This document shows, one piece after another, positions 23,765-36,121 of a DNA stretch of 64,000 nucleotides. The stretch comes from Pristiophorus japonicus (Eukaryota), in assembly GCF_044704955.1 (NCBI RefSeq), contig NC_091999.1:65286001-65350000 (forward strand), in the 5' to 3' direction. A program made the position numbers and the translations under genes. Every line of letters starts with the position of its first letter. The stretch's first letter is position 1. Below the pieces are notes generated by a model. That model made no database searches and had not been told where the DNA came from. It saw nothing but the letters and a program-made list of their open reading frames with translations.

Positions 23765-26700
23765 GACAGATAGAAACAAAAACAAATTGTAAATAGGTAC
23801 AGGAGTCGGGCATTCGGCCCTTTGAGACTGCACCACCATTCAAAAAGAGCATGGCTGATCATCACCTCAGTACCCGTTTCCTGCTTACTCTCCATGCCCC
23901 TTCATCCCTTTAGCCATACGGGCCATATCCAAATCCAATCTTGAATATATCCAACGAACTAGCATCAACAACTCTATGCGGTAGGGAATTCCACAGATTA
24001 ACAACTCTCGGGGTGAAGAAGGTTCTCCTCATCTCAGTCTAAATGGCTTCGCCCTTATCTTTAGACTGTGTCCCCTGGTTCTGGACGTCCCCAATATCTG
24101 GAACATTCTTCCTGCATCTAACCTGTCCAGTCCCGTCAAAATGGTATATGTTTCTACGTGATTCTCTCTCTTCCTTCTCAACTTCCGTGAATCAAGGCCC
24201 AGTCGATCCTCATAAGGCAATCCTGCCATCCCTGGAATCAGTCTGGTGAACATTCGCTGCACTCTCTCAATAGCAAAAACTTCCTTCCTCTGATTAGGAG
24301 ACCACAATTGAACACAATATTCCAGGTGAGACCTCACCAAGACCCTGCAAATCTGCAGTAAGAGTTCTCTGCTCTGATACACAAATCTCCTAGCTATGAA
24401 GCCCAACATTCCATTTACCGTCTTCACCATCTGCTGTACCTGCATGCCAACCTTCATTGATTGACGAACCATGACACCCAGGTTTTGTTGCAGCTCCCAT
24501 TTTCCTAATCTGCCGTCATTCAAATAATATTCTGTCTTCGTCTTTTTGCCTGCAAAATGGATACTTTCACATGTATCCACATTATACTGCATCTTCGATG
24601 CATGTGCCCACTCACCCAACTTGTCCAAATCAACCTGCAGCCTCTTAGCGTCATCCTCACAGCTCATCCGCCACCCAGTTTAATGTCATCTGCAAACTCG
24701 GAGATATTACACTCAATTCTTTCACCCAAATCATTAATGTATTTTGTAAATAGCTGTGGTCCCAGCATTGATCCCTGCGGCACCCCACTAGTCATGTCTG
24801 CCATTCTGAAGAGGTACCCTTTTTCCCGACTCTATGCTTCCTGCCTGCCAACCAATTCTCTATCCACACCAGTGCATAACTCCCAATACCATGTGCTTTA
24901 ATTTTGCACACCAATTTCTTTTGTGGGACCTTGTCAAAAGCCTTTTCATTGTCCAAATACACCACATCATTTGGCTATCCCTGGTCCACTCTCGTCAAAA
25001 CATTCCAGATGATTTGTCAAGCATGATTTCCCTTTCATAAATCCATGTTGACTTGGACCGATTCTGTCGCTACTTTCCAAATGCGCTGTTATATCATCTT
25101 TAATAATTGATTTCTACATTTTCACCCCACTGATGTCAGGCTAACCGTTCTATATTTACCCGTTTTCTCTCTCGCTCCTTTTTTAAAAAGTGGTGTTACA
25201 TTAGCAACCCTCCAGTCCATTGGAACTGATCCAGATTCGATAGACTTTTGGAACATGATCCCCAATGCATCCACTATTTCTAGGGCCACTTCCTGAAGTA
25301 CTCTGGGATGCAGTCTATCAGGCCCTGGGGATTTAGCGGCCTTCAATACCATCAATTTCCCAAACGCAATTTCCTGCCGAATGAGGATATCCTTCAGTTC
25401 CTCCTTCTCACTACACAATCGGTCCACTAGTATTTCCGGAAGGTTATTTGTGTCTTCCTTCTTGAGAACAGAACCAACGTATTTGTTCAACTTGTCTGCC
25501 ATATCTTTGTTCCCCATTATCAATTCACTTGTATCCGACTGCAAGGGACCTACGTTTGTCTTCACTAATCTTTTTCTCTTCACATATCTATAGAAGCTTA
25601 TGCAGTCAGTTTTTACGTTCCCAGAAAGCTTCCTCTAATATTCTATTTTCTCCATCCTAATTAAACCCTTTGTCCTCCTCTGCTGAATTTTAAATATCTC
25701 CCAGTCCTCAGATTTGCTGCTTTTTCTGGACAATTCATATTCCTCTTGCTTGGATTTATCACTATCCTTAATTTCCCTTCTCAGCCACGGTTGAGCCACC
25801 AACCCCGTTTTATTTTTTACCCCAGATAGGGATGTAAAATTATTGAAGTTATTCGATGTGGTCATTAAATGTCTGACATTTCCTATCCACCGTCAATCTT
25901 TTAAGTATAATGTTCTAGTCTATTCTAGCCAATTGACGTCTCATACCATTGAAGTTACCTTTCCCAAAGTTCAGGGCCCGAGTCTCTGAATTAATTGTGT
26001 CACTCTGCATCTTAATAAAGCAATCTACCATATTATCATCATTCTTCCCCAAGGGGCCTCGCACAACAAGATTGCTAATTACTCCTTTCTCATTACACAT
26101 CACCCAGTCTATAATGACCTGCCCTCTCGTTGGTTTCTCGAAATGCTGGTCCAGAAAACCAGCACTCACTCCAGGAAATCCTCCTCCATCGTATTCGTAC
26201 CAGTTTGGATAGCACAATCTATATGTAGACTGAACTCGCCCATGAAAACTGCTGGACCTTTATTGCATGCGTCCCTAATTTCTTGTTTGATGCTGTCCCC
26301 AACCTCACTACTACGTTTGGTGGTCTGTACACAACTCCCACAAGCGTTATCTGTCCTATTCTATTCCGCAGCTCCACCAATACTGATTCCACATCATCCA
26401 AGCTAATGTCGATACTTATTATTGCATTAATTTCCTCTTTAACCAGCAATGCTACCCCACCTCCGTTTCCTTTCTGTCTATCCTTCTTGAATGTTGAATA
26501 CCCCTGGATTTTGAGTTCCTAGCATTGGTCACCCTGGAGCCATGTCTCCGTCGTGCAAATCATATCTTAATTGCTGCCTGTGCAGTTAATTCATCCACCA
26601 TATTACGAATACTCCTCGCATTGAGGCACAGAGCATTCAGGTTTGTCTTTGCAACACACTTTGCCTTTTATAATTTTGCTGCAATGTGTCCCTTTTTGAT

Positions 26701-27800
26701 ATTTGCCTTGGCTCTCTCTGCCCTACACTTTTACTTTTCTTCGTTCTATCTTTTGCTCCAGCCCCTATTTAACTTCCCTTGGTCTCCATGCATAGATTAC
26801 CATCCCCCTGACATATTAGTTTAACCCCTCCCCAACAGCACTAGAAAACCCTCCCCCGAGGACATTGGTTTCAGTCATGCCCAGCGTGAGACCGTCCAGC
26901 TTTTACTGGTCCAAGCTCCCCAGAACTGGTTCCAATGTCCCAGTAATTTGAAACCCTCCATTCTCTACCACTCATCAAGCCACGTATTCATCTGAGATAT
27001 TCTTAGATCCCTACTCTCACTAGCTCGTCAACCTGGCAGAAATCCTGAGATTACTACCTTTGAGGTCCAACTTTTTTATTTAACTCCTAGCTCACTAAAT
27101 TCAGCTTGTCGGAACTCATTCCGTTTTTTACCTATATCGTTGGTACCTATATGCACCACGACAACTGGCTGTTCATATTCCCCCTTCAAAAGATCCTGCA
27201 CCTGCTCCGAGTCATCCTTGACCCTTGCATCAGGCTGGCAAAATACAATCGTGGAGTCTCGATTGCAGGCGCAGAAACGTCTATTTATTCCACTTACAAT
27301 ATAATGCCCTCACACTATAGTTATCCCACTATTTTTCCTGACATCCTGTGCAGCAGAGCCACTGATGGTGCCATGAACATAGCTGCTGCTGCTCTCCATT
27401 GAATAATCATCCCAGTCAACAGTGCCCAAAATGCTGTGTCTGTTTCGCAGGGGGCGATGAATGCAGCGGACCCCTGCACTACCTTCCTTCCACTGCTCTT
27501 CCTTTTGGTCACCCATCCCCTAGCTGGCTGTGTACCCTTTACCTGTGGTGTAGCCAGCTCAGTATACGTGCAATTAACGACATCATCAGCATCACGAATG
27601 CACCAGAATAAATCCACCCGCAGTTCCACTGCGGTCCGTCAGGTGCTGCAGGCGGATACACTTCCCGCACATATAGTCGTCAAGGACACTGGAAGTATCC
27701 CTGACTTCCCACATAGCACAGGAGGAGCACAATACGTGTCCGAGCTCTCCTGCCATTACTTAACCCTTAGATTAACTTAATGTGGCAACAACACTGATAA
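23765..27800 (-). mobile_element. Near full-length CR1 LINE (ORF1 zinc finger + esterase, ORF2 EN-RT), decayed
   Basis: MAGELGHVLCSSCAMWEV..YMCGKC at ~27760-27650; KSPGPDRLHPRVL; RT C-terminus at 24029-24667. Confidence 0.92.
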
Positions 27801-27965
27801 AGGTTACCTACTGCTAAAGGAAAGAGGCAAAGGCAGAGACTATGATGTACAGATACATTTCACAATTCAATTACTTGATCAGCTGAGAGTGCCACAGAGA
27901 AAAATGCAGATTCAACAGTTGACAATTGGGCAGGATGGGAGAAAATCAGTATTAAATTAAAGCAT

Positions 27966-28048
27966 TACCAGGACTGGTGCAAGAACCCAAGAGGGTATAA
28001 ATCCCATGGTTCTTAAGTCCATCGCCTTAACCTCCCGGCCATACTGGC
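27966..28048 (-). tRNA. tRNA-Leu(TAA) pseudogene, second copy
   Basis: GCCAGTATGGCCGGGAGGTTAAGGCGATGGACTTAAGAACCATGG..CCTGGTA; B-box damaged. Confidence 0.8.
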
Positions 28049-28566
28049 TCGAGTAGTGTTCGGTCTCTATCTCTGTGAGAATCTGGGCTTCAACCCCAGC
28101 CCCACAGACACAGACATACACAGAGGTTTTCAGTGAGCATTTCGAACATTTTTAGTAATATTGACACGGTGGCAACTCCCCTATTATTTTTCGAGTACAG
28201 CTGGAGGAACTTACACATCCACCCGAGAGTGCAGACGGAGCTTCAATTTAACATATCATCCCAAAGTCAACAGTTTTAACAATGCAAAGCTCCCCATGTA
28301 CTGCATTTGAGTGCCAGCCGAGATGATGTGCTGAGGAGTGGAATTAACACAACATCCTGATTAAGTCGAGAATGGAGCCACTGAACCAAAGCCGATACCG
28401 AAGATCACAAGCGTATTGTTTTCCCGAAGTTTTTTTAAAAGTTCCAGGACATACCAAATTCATGTGATGATTTCCATACACAGTTCCACATACACAGAGA
28501 CATACATACAGATAGACATGCGCACACACAGACACACACAATAACCAAAAATTAAACACGCATCAA

Positions 28567-29195
28567 CATAGAAACATAGAAACATAGAAACTAGCGGCAG
28601 GAGTAGTTTATTCGGCCCTTAGAGCAAGCACCACCATTTAGTAAGATCATGGCGGATCATTCAACCTCAGTATCCCTTTCCTGCTTTCTCTCCATACCTT
28701 TGATCCCTTTCGCAGTGAGGGCCATATCGAACTCCTTTTTGAATATATCTAACGAACTGATCTCGGTCCTAAATGGTTTAACCCTTATTCTTATACGGTG
28801 ACCCTTGGTTCTCAAACAGCCTAGCAAAGGAACATTCTTCCTTCCTCTAATCTGTCCAATCTCGTCAGAATGTTATATGTTTCTATGAGATCCCCTCTCA
28901 TTCTTCTCAACTCCAGTTGATAACAGCCCAGTTGATCCAGTCTCTCCTCATATGTCAGTCATGCCATCCCGGGAATCATGCTGGTGAACCTTCGCTGTAC
29001 TCCCACAATAGCATGGATGTCCTTCCTCAGATTTGGAGACCCAAACGAACACAATATTTCAGGTGTGGCCGCACCAAGGCCCTGTACAACTGCAGTACTC
29101 GAATCCCCTAGCTATGAAGGCGAACATGCCATTTGCCTTCTTCACCGCCTGCTGCACATGCATGCCAACTTTCAGTGACTGATGTACCATGACAA
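28567..29195 (-). mobile_element. CR1 3' fragment inserted in the second tRNA unit
   Basis: (ACATAGAA)n tail; absent from the paralogous unit at ~15325. Confidence 0.85.
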
Positions 29196-29320
29196 CCAAA
29201 TCAAGTTAAACACAGCGTGCCTTAGACAAATAGAGGGATAGACAGGCAGGGTCACTATCGCTAATTCAGTTTTGCAGGGACCTGGTTAAATTGTCAAACA
29301 GAATAAAATATGCTGAGAAA

Positions 29321-29402
29321 CGTAGTCGGCAGGGATCCAACTTGCACGGGGAAACCGCAAAGGTTTTTTAGTCCATCGTCTTAACCACTCGGTCACGACG
29401 AC
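29321..29402 (-). tRNA. tRNA-Ser(AGA)-derived pseudogene, second copy
   Basis: GTCGTCGTGACCGAGTGGTTAAGACGATGGACTAAAAA..GGTTTCCCCG..CCTGCCGACTACG. Confidence 0.8.
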
Positions 29403-29764
29403 TGACTTGCTGCCTCTTTAAATGTTACTCAGATAAAACTCAGTCATCCATCTCTGTGCAGCAGACGGCGACAGAATCTTGAAAAGGTCTCCGTTTGCAA
29501 AACAATCTGGAAGAAGCATTCTCCGCTTGCTGTATTTTTACTGTTTTATTTTGCTCTGGAACTTTTTAACATGAATGTTTGCCAAGTTACAGAAGTAAAA
29601 TTCTGCATTTTGTAAATGCTGCCTCCGCGTGGAGAAATTGAACACCGGTCTCCCTCCTGACAGGCAGGGATACGCACCAGGATTTTAACGAGGAACTGAC
29701 GGGTATGGGCTTTGTCAGAACAGGAATCGAGCTGTAAACAGAACTGGACAACATTAGTCGTCGG

Positions 29765-30555
29765 CAGACAAATTGAGAGACAGGGACAAACAGACAAACA
29801 GGAAGAGACAGACAGCGAGATAGAGACAACGAGAGACATAAAATGTGAAAGTGAGAAGGAGAGACAGACTGAGTGAGAAAAAGACTCAAACACTCACATA
29901 TACAGAGACATGTGTGTGTGTGATCTATAAAGAGAGAGGGGGAAAGAGTGACAGAAAGACAATGATAAAGACAGTGACAAGGAGAGAGACAGAAAGAGAG
30001 AGAGCGACAGCGAGAGAGAGGGAGACAGAGATAGAAACAGAAATTGTCGGACATACTCAGCAGTTTATTGACAGGAACTATAAGAGACAGGCAAAGAGAG
30101 ACAGACAGGCAGAGACATAGAAAGACATAGATGATGGGAACGAGAGAGACAGTCAGACAGAGAGACTGAGAGAATCTCATTGGAACAGAACTGGGCACAG
30201 TAAGAAAGAGACAGAGACATGGGGAGACAGAGACAAACAGGGAAACTGGGAGAGACAGACAGAGAGATAGACACAGAGAGAGACAGAACGTTTGAGACTG
30301 AGAGGGAGGATCAGACTGAATGAGATAAAGGCTCAAAGACATACATACACAAAGATGTGTTTGCATGCTCCATAAAGAGAGGGAGGCAAATAGTGATGGA
30401 ATGACAAAGAAAAAGACAGTGACAAAGAGAGAGACAAAGATGGAGACAGATAGAGAGAAAGACAGATAGAGAGAGAGAGAGAGATAGAGAAAAAATCAGA
30501 AAATGATGGAAATACTTATCAGTTTAGAGACAGGCAAAGAAATGGACAAACAGAT
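29765..30555. repeat. GA-rich low-complexity tract
   Basis: AGAC/AGAG runs with an internal duplication; source of the spurious S/L/C-rich ORFs. Confidence 0.85.
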
Positions 30556-30559
30556 ATGA

Positions 30560-30755
30560 GGCGAGCTCATTGATTGTATTCAAGTCACAGTTAGATAGAT
30601 TTTTAACCAATAAAGGAATTAAGGGTTACGGGGAGCGGGCGGGTAAGTGGAGCTGAGTCCACGGCCAGATCAGCCATAATCTTGTTGAATGGTGGAGCAG
30701 GCTCGAGGTGCTAGATGGCCTACATCTGTTCCTAATTCTTATGTTCTTATGTTGT
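30560..30755 (+). mobile_element. CR1 3' end, second subfamily
   Basis: TTCTTATG tail and 3' UTR complementary to 31533-31745. Confidence 0.8.
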
Positions 30756-30959
30756 ATTGTGAATTTGTATGTTGGGTTGCCTCAAAAAAAACAAGGCGAC
30801 ACTTTAATGACAGTTTCTTGAGTGTGACCCCCTCCCCCCCTTTAATCAGGGGGCACTTGATTATTGTTCTTCATAAATTAGTTGTGAACAATGTGGCCCT
30901 CCCAACGGAGCTGGTCAAGGGTGGCCAGTGCTTCGATGATGCTGATGTTAGCCTGATCA

Positions 30960-33610
30960 TGGAAGAACAAGGACTTATTTGATGAGAATATCCAGGAGAT
31001 CCAAGAGATAATTAATCGCAAGCAGAGGGCATTTATGAACCTAAAACAACAACCCAACTCGGGAGCAGCAAAGCAGCATTACAGACGGCTTAAGGCCGAG
31101 GTGCAACAAGGACCCTCGACATAGAGCATAGATGGTGGGTGGAGAAATTACAGGGCGTTCAGCAACTGGCCGACAGCCATGATGGGCGAGGTTTCTTCTC
31201 CACAGTCAAGGGCACCGAGGGCCCAAGTACCCAAGGACCCACCCCACAACTGGCCGAGAATGGGGAAACACTCATCAAGGACACTGAAGCAATCAGGACC
31301 GGCGGGACGGAGCACTTCGTAGATCTCCTTCACCGACAATCTAACTTTGATTCGAACGTCATCGACTCCAACACACAGCAGGCTACCCGCCAACATCTCA
31401 ACAAAATCCCAGCCCAGCACGAGGTAGAAAAGGCCATCCACCAGCTCAAGAACAACAAGTCAATGGGAGTGGATGGAATGCCCGCTGAGGCACTAACGTA
31501 TGGCGGACAGGCACTTTTCACGAATGCATGACATAAGAAGATAAGAACATAAGAATTAGGAACAGGAGTAGGCGATCTAGCCCCTCGAGCCTTCCCCGCC
31601 ATTCAATAAGATCATGGCTGATCTGGCCATGGCTGAAATGGACTCAGCTCCACTTACCCGCCCTCTCCCCGTAACCATTATTTCCCTTATTGGTTAAAAA
31701 TCTATCTATCTGTGATTTGAATACATGCAATCAGCTAGCCACAACTGCTTCCTTGGGCAGACAATTCCACAGATTCACAACCCTCTGGGAGAAGAAATTG
31801 CTTCTCAACTCGGTTTTAAATTGTCTCCCCCGTATTTTGAGGTTGTGCCCCCTAGTTCTAGCCTCCACTACCAGTGGAAACAACATCTCTGCCTCTATCT
31901 TGTCTATCCCTATCATGATTTCAAATGTTTCTATAAGGTCACCCCTCATCCTTCTGAACTCCAACGAGTAAAGACCCAGTCTACACAATCTATCATCATA
32001 ACGTAACCTCCTCTTCTCTGGAATCAGCCTAGTGAATCGTTTCTGTACCCCCTCCAATGCCAGTTTATCCTTCCTTAAGTAAGGTGACCAAAACTGCACA
32101 CAGTACTCAAGGTGCGGCCTTACCAATACCCTATACAGTTGCAGCAGGACCTCCCTGCTTTTATACTCCATCCCTCTCGCAATAAAGGCCAACAGTCCAT
32201 TCGACTTCCTGATTACCTGCTGCGCCTGGCAAACTAACATTTGGGATTCATCCACAAGGACCCCCAGGCATCTCAGCATGTTGTAATTTCTCCCCATTCA
32301 AATAATACTCCCTTTTATTGTTTCTTTTCCCAAGGTGGATGACCTCACACTTTCCGACATTGTATTCCATCTGGCAAACCTTCGCCCATTCGCTTAACCT
32401 ATCCGAATCTCTTTGCAGCCTCTCTGTGTCCTCTACACAACCCGCTTTCCCTCTCCTCTTAGTGTCATATGCAAATGTTTTAACACTACACTCTGTCCCC
32501 TCTTCCAGGTCATCTATGTATATAGTGAACATTTGTGGTCACAGCACCGATCCCTGTGGCACAACACTAACCACCAATTTCCAACCCGAAAAGGACCCAT
32601 TTATCCCGACTCTCTGCTTTCTGTTCGCCAGCCAATTCTCTATCCATGCTAATACCTTTCCTCCGACTCCGCCTACCTCTATTTTCTGCAGTAACCTTTT
32701 GTGTGGCACCTTATCGAATGCCTTTTGTAAATCTAATACACCACATCCATCGGTACACTTCGATCCACCATGCTCGTTATATCCTCAAAGAATTCTAGTC
32801 AATTAGTTAAACATGATTTCCACTTCACGAATCCATGCTGTGTCTGCTTGATTGCACGATTCCTATCGAGATGTCCCGCTATTTCTTGCTTAATGATAGT
32901 TTCAAGCATTTTACCCACTGCAGATGTTAAACTAACCGGCCTATAGTTACCTGCCTTTTGTCTGTCCAATTTTTTAAATAGAGACGTTACATTAGCTGCT
33001 TTCCAATCCGCTGGTACCTCCCCAGCGTCCAGAGAATTTTGATAGATAATAACGAATGCATCTGCTATAACTTGTGCCATCGCTTTTACTACCCTGGGAT
33101 GCATTTCATCAGGACCAGGGGACTTTTCTTCCTTGAGTCCCATTAGCCTGTCCAGCACTACCCACCTAATGATAGTGATTGTCTCAAGGTCCTCCCTTCC
33201 CACATTCCCGTGACCAGCAATTTTTGGCATGGGTTTTGTGTCTTCCACTGTGAAGACCGAGCAAAATAATTGATTAAGGTCTCAGCCATTTCCACATTTC
33301 CCATGATTAAATCACGCTTCTCATCTTCTAAGGGACCAACATTTTCTTTAGTCACTCTTTTCCGTTTTATGACCTCATCTCTCTCATCTGGAAAGAGGAC
33401 AGCAGGCCTGGACATCTCAGAGATGCAGTTATTTTGATCAACTTTTAAAAGGGACAAGTCCAACTCCGGAAATTCCAGAGGAATCTCGCTGTTATCAGCC
33501 ACTGGGAAATTCAGCGCTAGAACCATCCTCAACCACCTTCTGCATGTGGCTGAGGAGCTCCTCCAGGAGTCACAGTGTGGATTTCATCCTGTACATGGTA
33601 CAACTGTTAA
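30960..33610 (+). mobile_element. RTE fragment split by a CR1 insertion (RTE at 30960-31532 and 33369-33610)
   Basis: EVEKAIHQLKNNKSMGVDGMPAEALTYGG resumes after the insert with LISLIWK..RGISLLSATGK..ESQCGF. Confidence 0.85.
31533..33368 (-). mobile_element. CR1 LINE RT region, second subfamily
   Basis: KSPGPDEMHPRV..AGNYRPVSLTS; FAYDTK; RPHLEYCVQFWSP; (ATAAGAAC)n tail; flanked by ATGAC on both sides. Confidence 0.92.
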
Positions 33611-33779
33611 GAGTAGATTCACAGTAAGGGTCCCAATACCCTGTCGCATCAAAAACATTCAGGGTAGGTACACCACCTGTTAGAAAGGTATGGCTGGGTG
33701 TTCCACAAATTGTGACCTGGGCAACAGAAGGCACAGCCAGCAAAGCCACGAATGGTTGACAGATATTTCATGGGCGAGT

Positions 33780-34260
33780 GTGGTGTGTGGCTGCAGGAGT
33801 TTACAGAGTTAGGGAGGGCGAGGCCATGGATGGACTTGAAAATAATATTAGAATTTTGAAATCAAGACTTTCCTTCGCCAGAAGCCAAAGTAGGTCAGCC
33901 AACACACTGGTGATGGGTCAGCTCGAATTGCTGAGAGTTAGGGCTCGGGTAGCCGAATTTTGGATCAACTCTAGTTTATGTAGGGTAAAAAGTGGGAGGT
34001 GTGCTTTGGAATAATCAAGTCCAGAAGAAGGAAAGGCATGGATGAGGGCTTAAGCATCGCATGAGCTGAGCCTAGAGCGGAGATGGGCAATGTTACGGAG
34101 GTGGAATTAGGCAGTTTTAGTTATACTGTGGATTTGTGGTCTAAAATATATTTCAGGGTTCAGTGTGACACCAAAGTTGCGAACTGTCTGGTTTAGGCTC
34201 AGACAGAATATGGGGAGTGGGATGGAGTTGATGGTTCAGGAACGGAGATCGTGGCAATGA
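33780..34260 (-). mobile_element. L2-clade LINE 3' fragment
   Basis: The minus strand encodes KTA*FHLRNIAHL..ALIHAF..GLDYS, the typical L2 post-RT motif. Confidence 0.7.
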
Positions 34261-34799
34261 CAATTACAAATATCAGAATATTTCACAGGTTATAACATGC
34301 CAAATGTGTGGGTTAGTTTTTAAAATTCAATTGCTTCCAAAAACACGTTACACAAAGTAACAGATTTCACATCTTATGCAAGACAGTTCAATAAAGGGGT
34401 GATTCAAAGGATTTCAGCTGAATTTAACGTGAGACACTGCAGCTAAGTCTACTACAACCACAACTCATGTACTCAACTGGAACAAGTTTGGTGTTTGATA
34501 GAAGGCGAACTAGTTGAGAAATGAGATTAGTTAAATTAAGAAAAAGCACTAAATGGAATAGTCGGTAACAGAGCATTAATTAGTCTCCTCTGATCATGGA
34601 GAAATGAAATATTTGACAGATTGTTTGAAACAAAGATAACTAATTCAACATTTATACGCAATATTAATCTCCAGCTCAGGTATAGGTAAAATTAAGATCA
34701 TCAGAAACAAACAACAGCTCCCAGAATGAATATGCTTCAGTGCCCAAAGCAATCCCATTATATCCTTTTCTATTTATAATGCAGACTTTCTCCTCAGCC

Positions 34800-35075
34800 C
34801 ATTGAAAACTGAGATGAGGAGGTATTTCTTCTCTGATGGTTGTAAATTTGCGGAATTCTATGCCCCAGAGAGCAGTGGAGGCTGGGTCATTGAACATATT
34901 TAAGGCGGAGATAGACCGACTTTTGAGCAATAAGCAAATAAAAGTTTTTGGGAGTGGGCAGGAAAGTGGAGCTGAGTCTATGGTAATTCCACCGATAATG
35001 TTATCGAATTGGGAGCAGAATCGGTGGGGGTCCAAGTGGCCCACTCCTGCTCCTATTTCACGTGGTCTTATGTAC
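34800..35075 (+). mobile_element. CR1 3' end
   Basis: VVNLRNSMPQRAVEAGSLNIFKAEIDR. Confidence 0.8.
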
Positions 35076-35079
35076 CCAA

Positions 35080-35450
35080 CAAGCCCCGCGGTGGAGAATA
35101 TGCCTCACCCAGACTAAAGGAACAAAGTGCGCAGCGCGGTACCTGGCTGTGTTTGGAGCATGTGCGGTGTGTGTTATGGCGGAGAAGACACGTCTTTAAC
35201 AGGCTCGACATAAATATCCTTTTCTGCGGTTGGGAGAATCAGACCAGCGGAGAGCCGGGCAAGCTTTATACAGAACCAGTGCCTGCTTCGAGCCCGGAAA
35301 CCAAAACGGAATATCGGCGGTTGCAGCTTCGGGGCTTTCTCCCGGTCACAGACGATGGCTAATGGTGGCCATCTTCGTGCAGGAAGGTTGGGTCAAGGCT
35401 CCGTAATCTTGAGTCAGTGAGCATCACTGCGCATGCGCAGCCATCTTGGT
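35080..35450. promoter_or_regulatory. CpG-rich promoter-like island with NRF1, YY1 and AP-1 motifs
   Basis: TGCGCATGCGCA at 35428-35439, GCCATCTT at 35368-35375 and 35440-35447, TGAGTCA at 35410-35416, and locally high CpG. Confidence 0.55.
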
Positions 35451-35474
35451 GCAGGGACGAATTGAATGCTGTCA

Positions 35475-36110
35475 TTGTCTGTCACTGAATCCAGCCAGAG
35501 TCAGTACCTTCACGGGAGGGGCACCAATGAGTGTAGAACTGAACCATGCCAGAGACAGTACCTTCAGGGAAGGGGAAACAGTGAGTGTAGATCTTAATTC
35601 AGCAGAATCAGCACGTTCAGGGGAGAAGAACCAATGAGTGTAGAACTTAACCCAGCCAGAGTCATCGCCTTCAGGGGAGGGGAACCTGTATGTGTGGAAT
35701 TGAACCCAGCCAGAGTCAATAGCTTCAGGTAAGGGGGACCAGTGATTGTCGAACTTAACCCAGCCAGAGTCAGCACCTTCAGGGGAGCAGAACCAGTGAA
35801 TGTAGAACTGAACCCAGCCAGAATCCGCATTTTCCGGGCAGGAGAACCAGTGAGTGCAGAACTGAATTCAGCCAGAGTCAGCACCTTCAGGGAGGGGAAT
35901 CTGTGAGTGTGGAAATGAACCCAGCCAGAGTCAACACATTCAGGGAAGGGGAACCAGTGAGTGCAGACCTGAATCAAGTCAGAGTCAGCACCTTCAGGGG
36001 AGGGGATCCAGTGAGTGTAGAATTGAATCCAGCCAGAGTCAGTAACTTAAGAGAGGCCGGGAGGAGGGGAGTGGAACTGAATCCAGTTAGTATCAGCACT
36101 TCTGGGGAGG
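35475..36110 (+). repeat. 54-bp minisatellite, about 12 copies
   Basis: GCCAGAG recurs at 35494, 35548, 35655, 35709, 35763 (variant at 35817), 35871, 35924 and 36032. Confidence 0.92.
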
Positions 36111-36121
36111 AGAGGAAGGGG

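Noticed and set aside
29546-30366. Long ORFs of 259 aa and 115 aa rich in S/L/C
   Set aside because: They are translations of a TC microsatellite tract.
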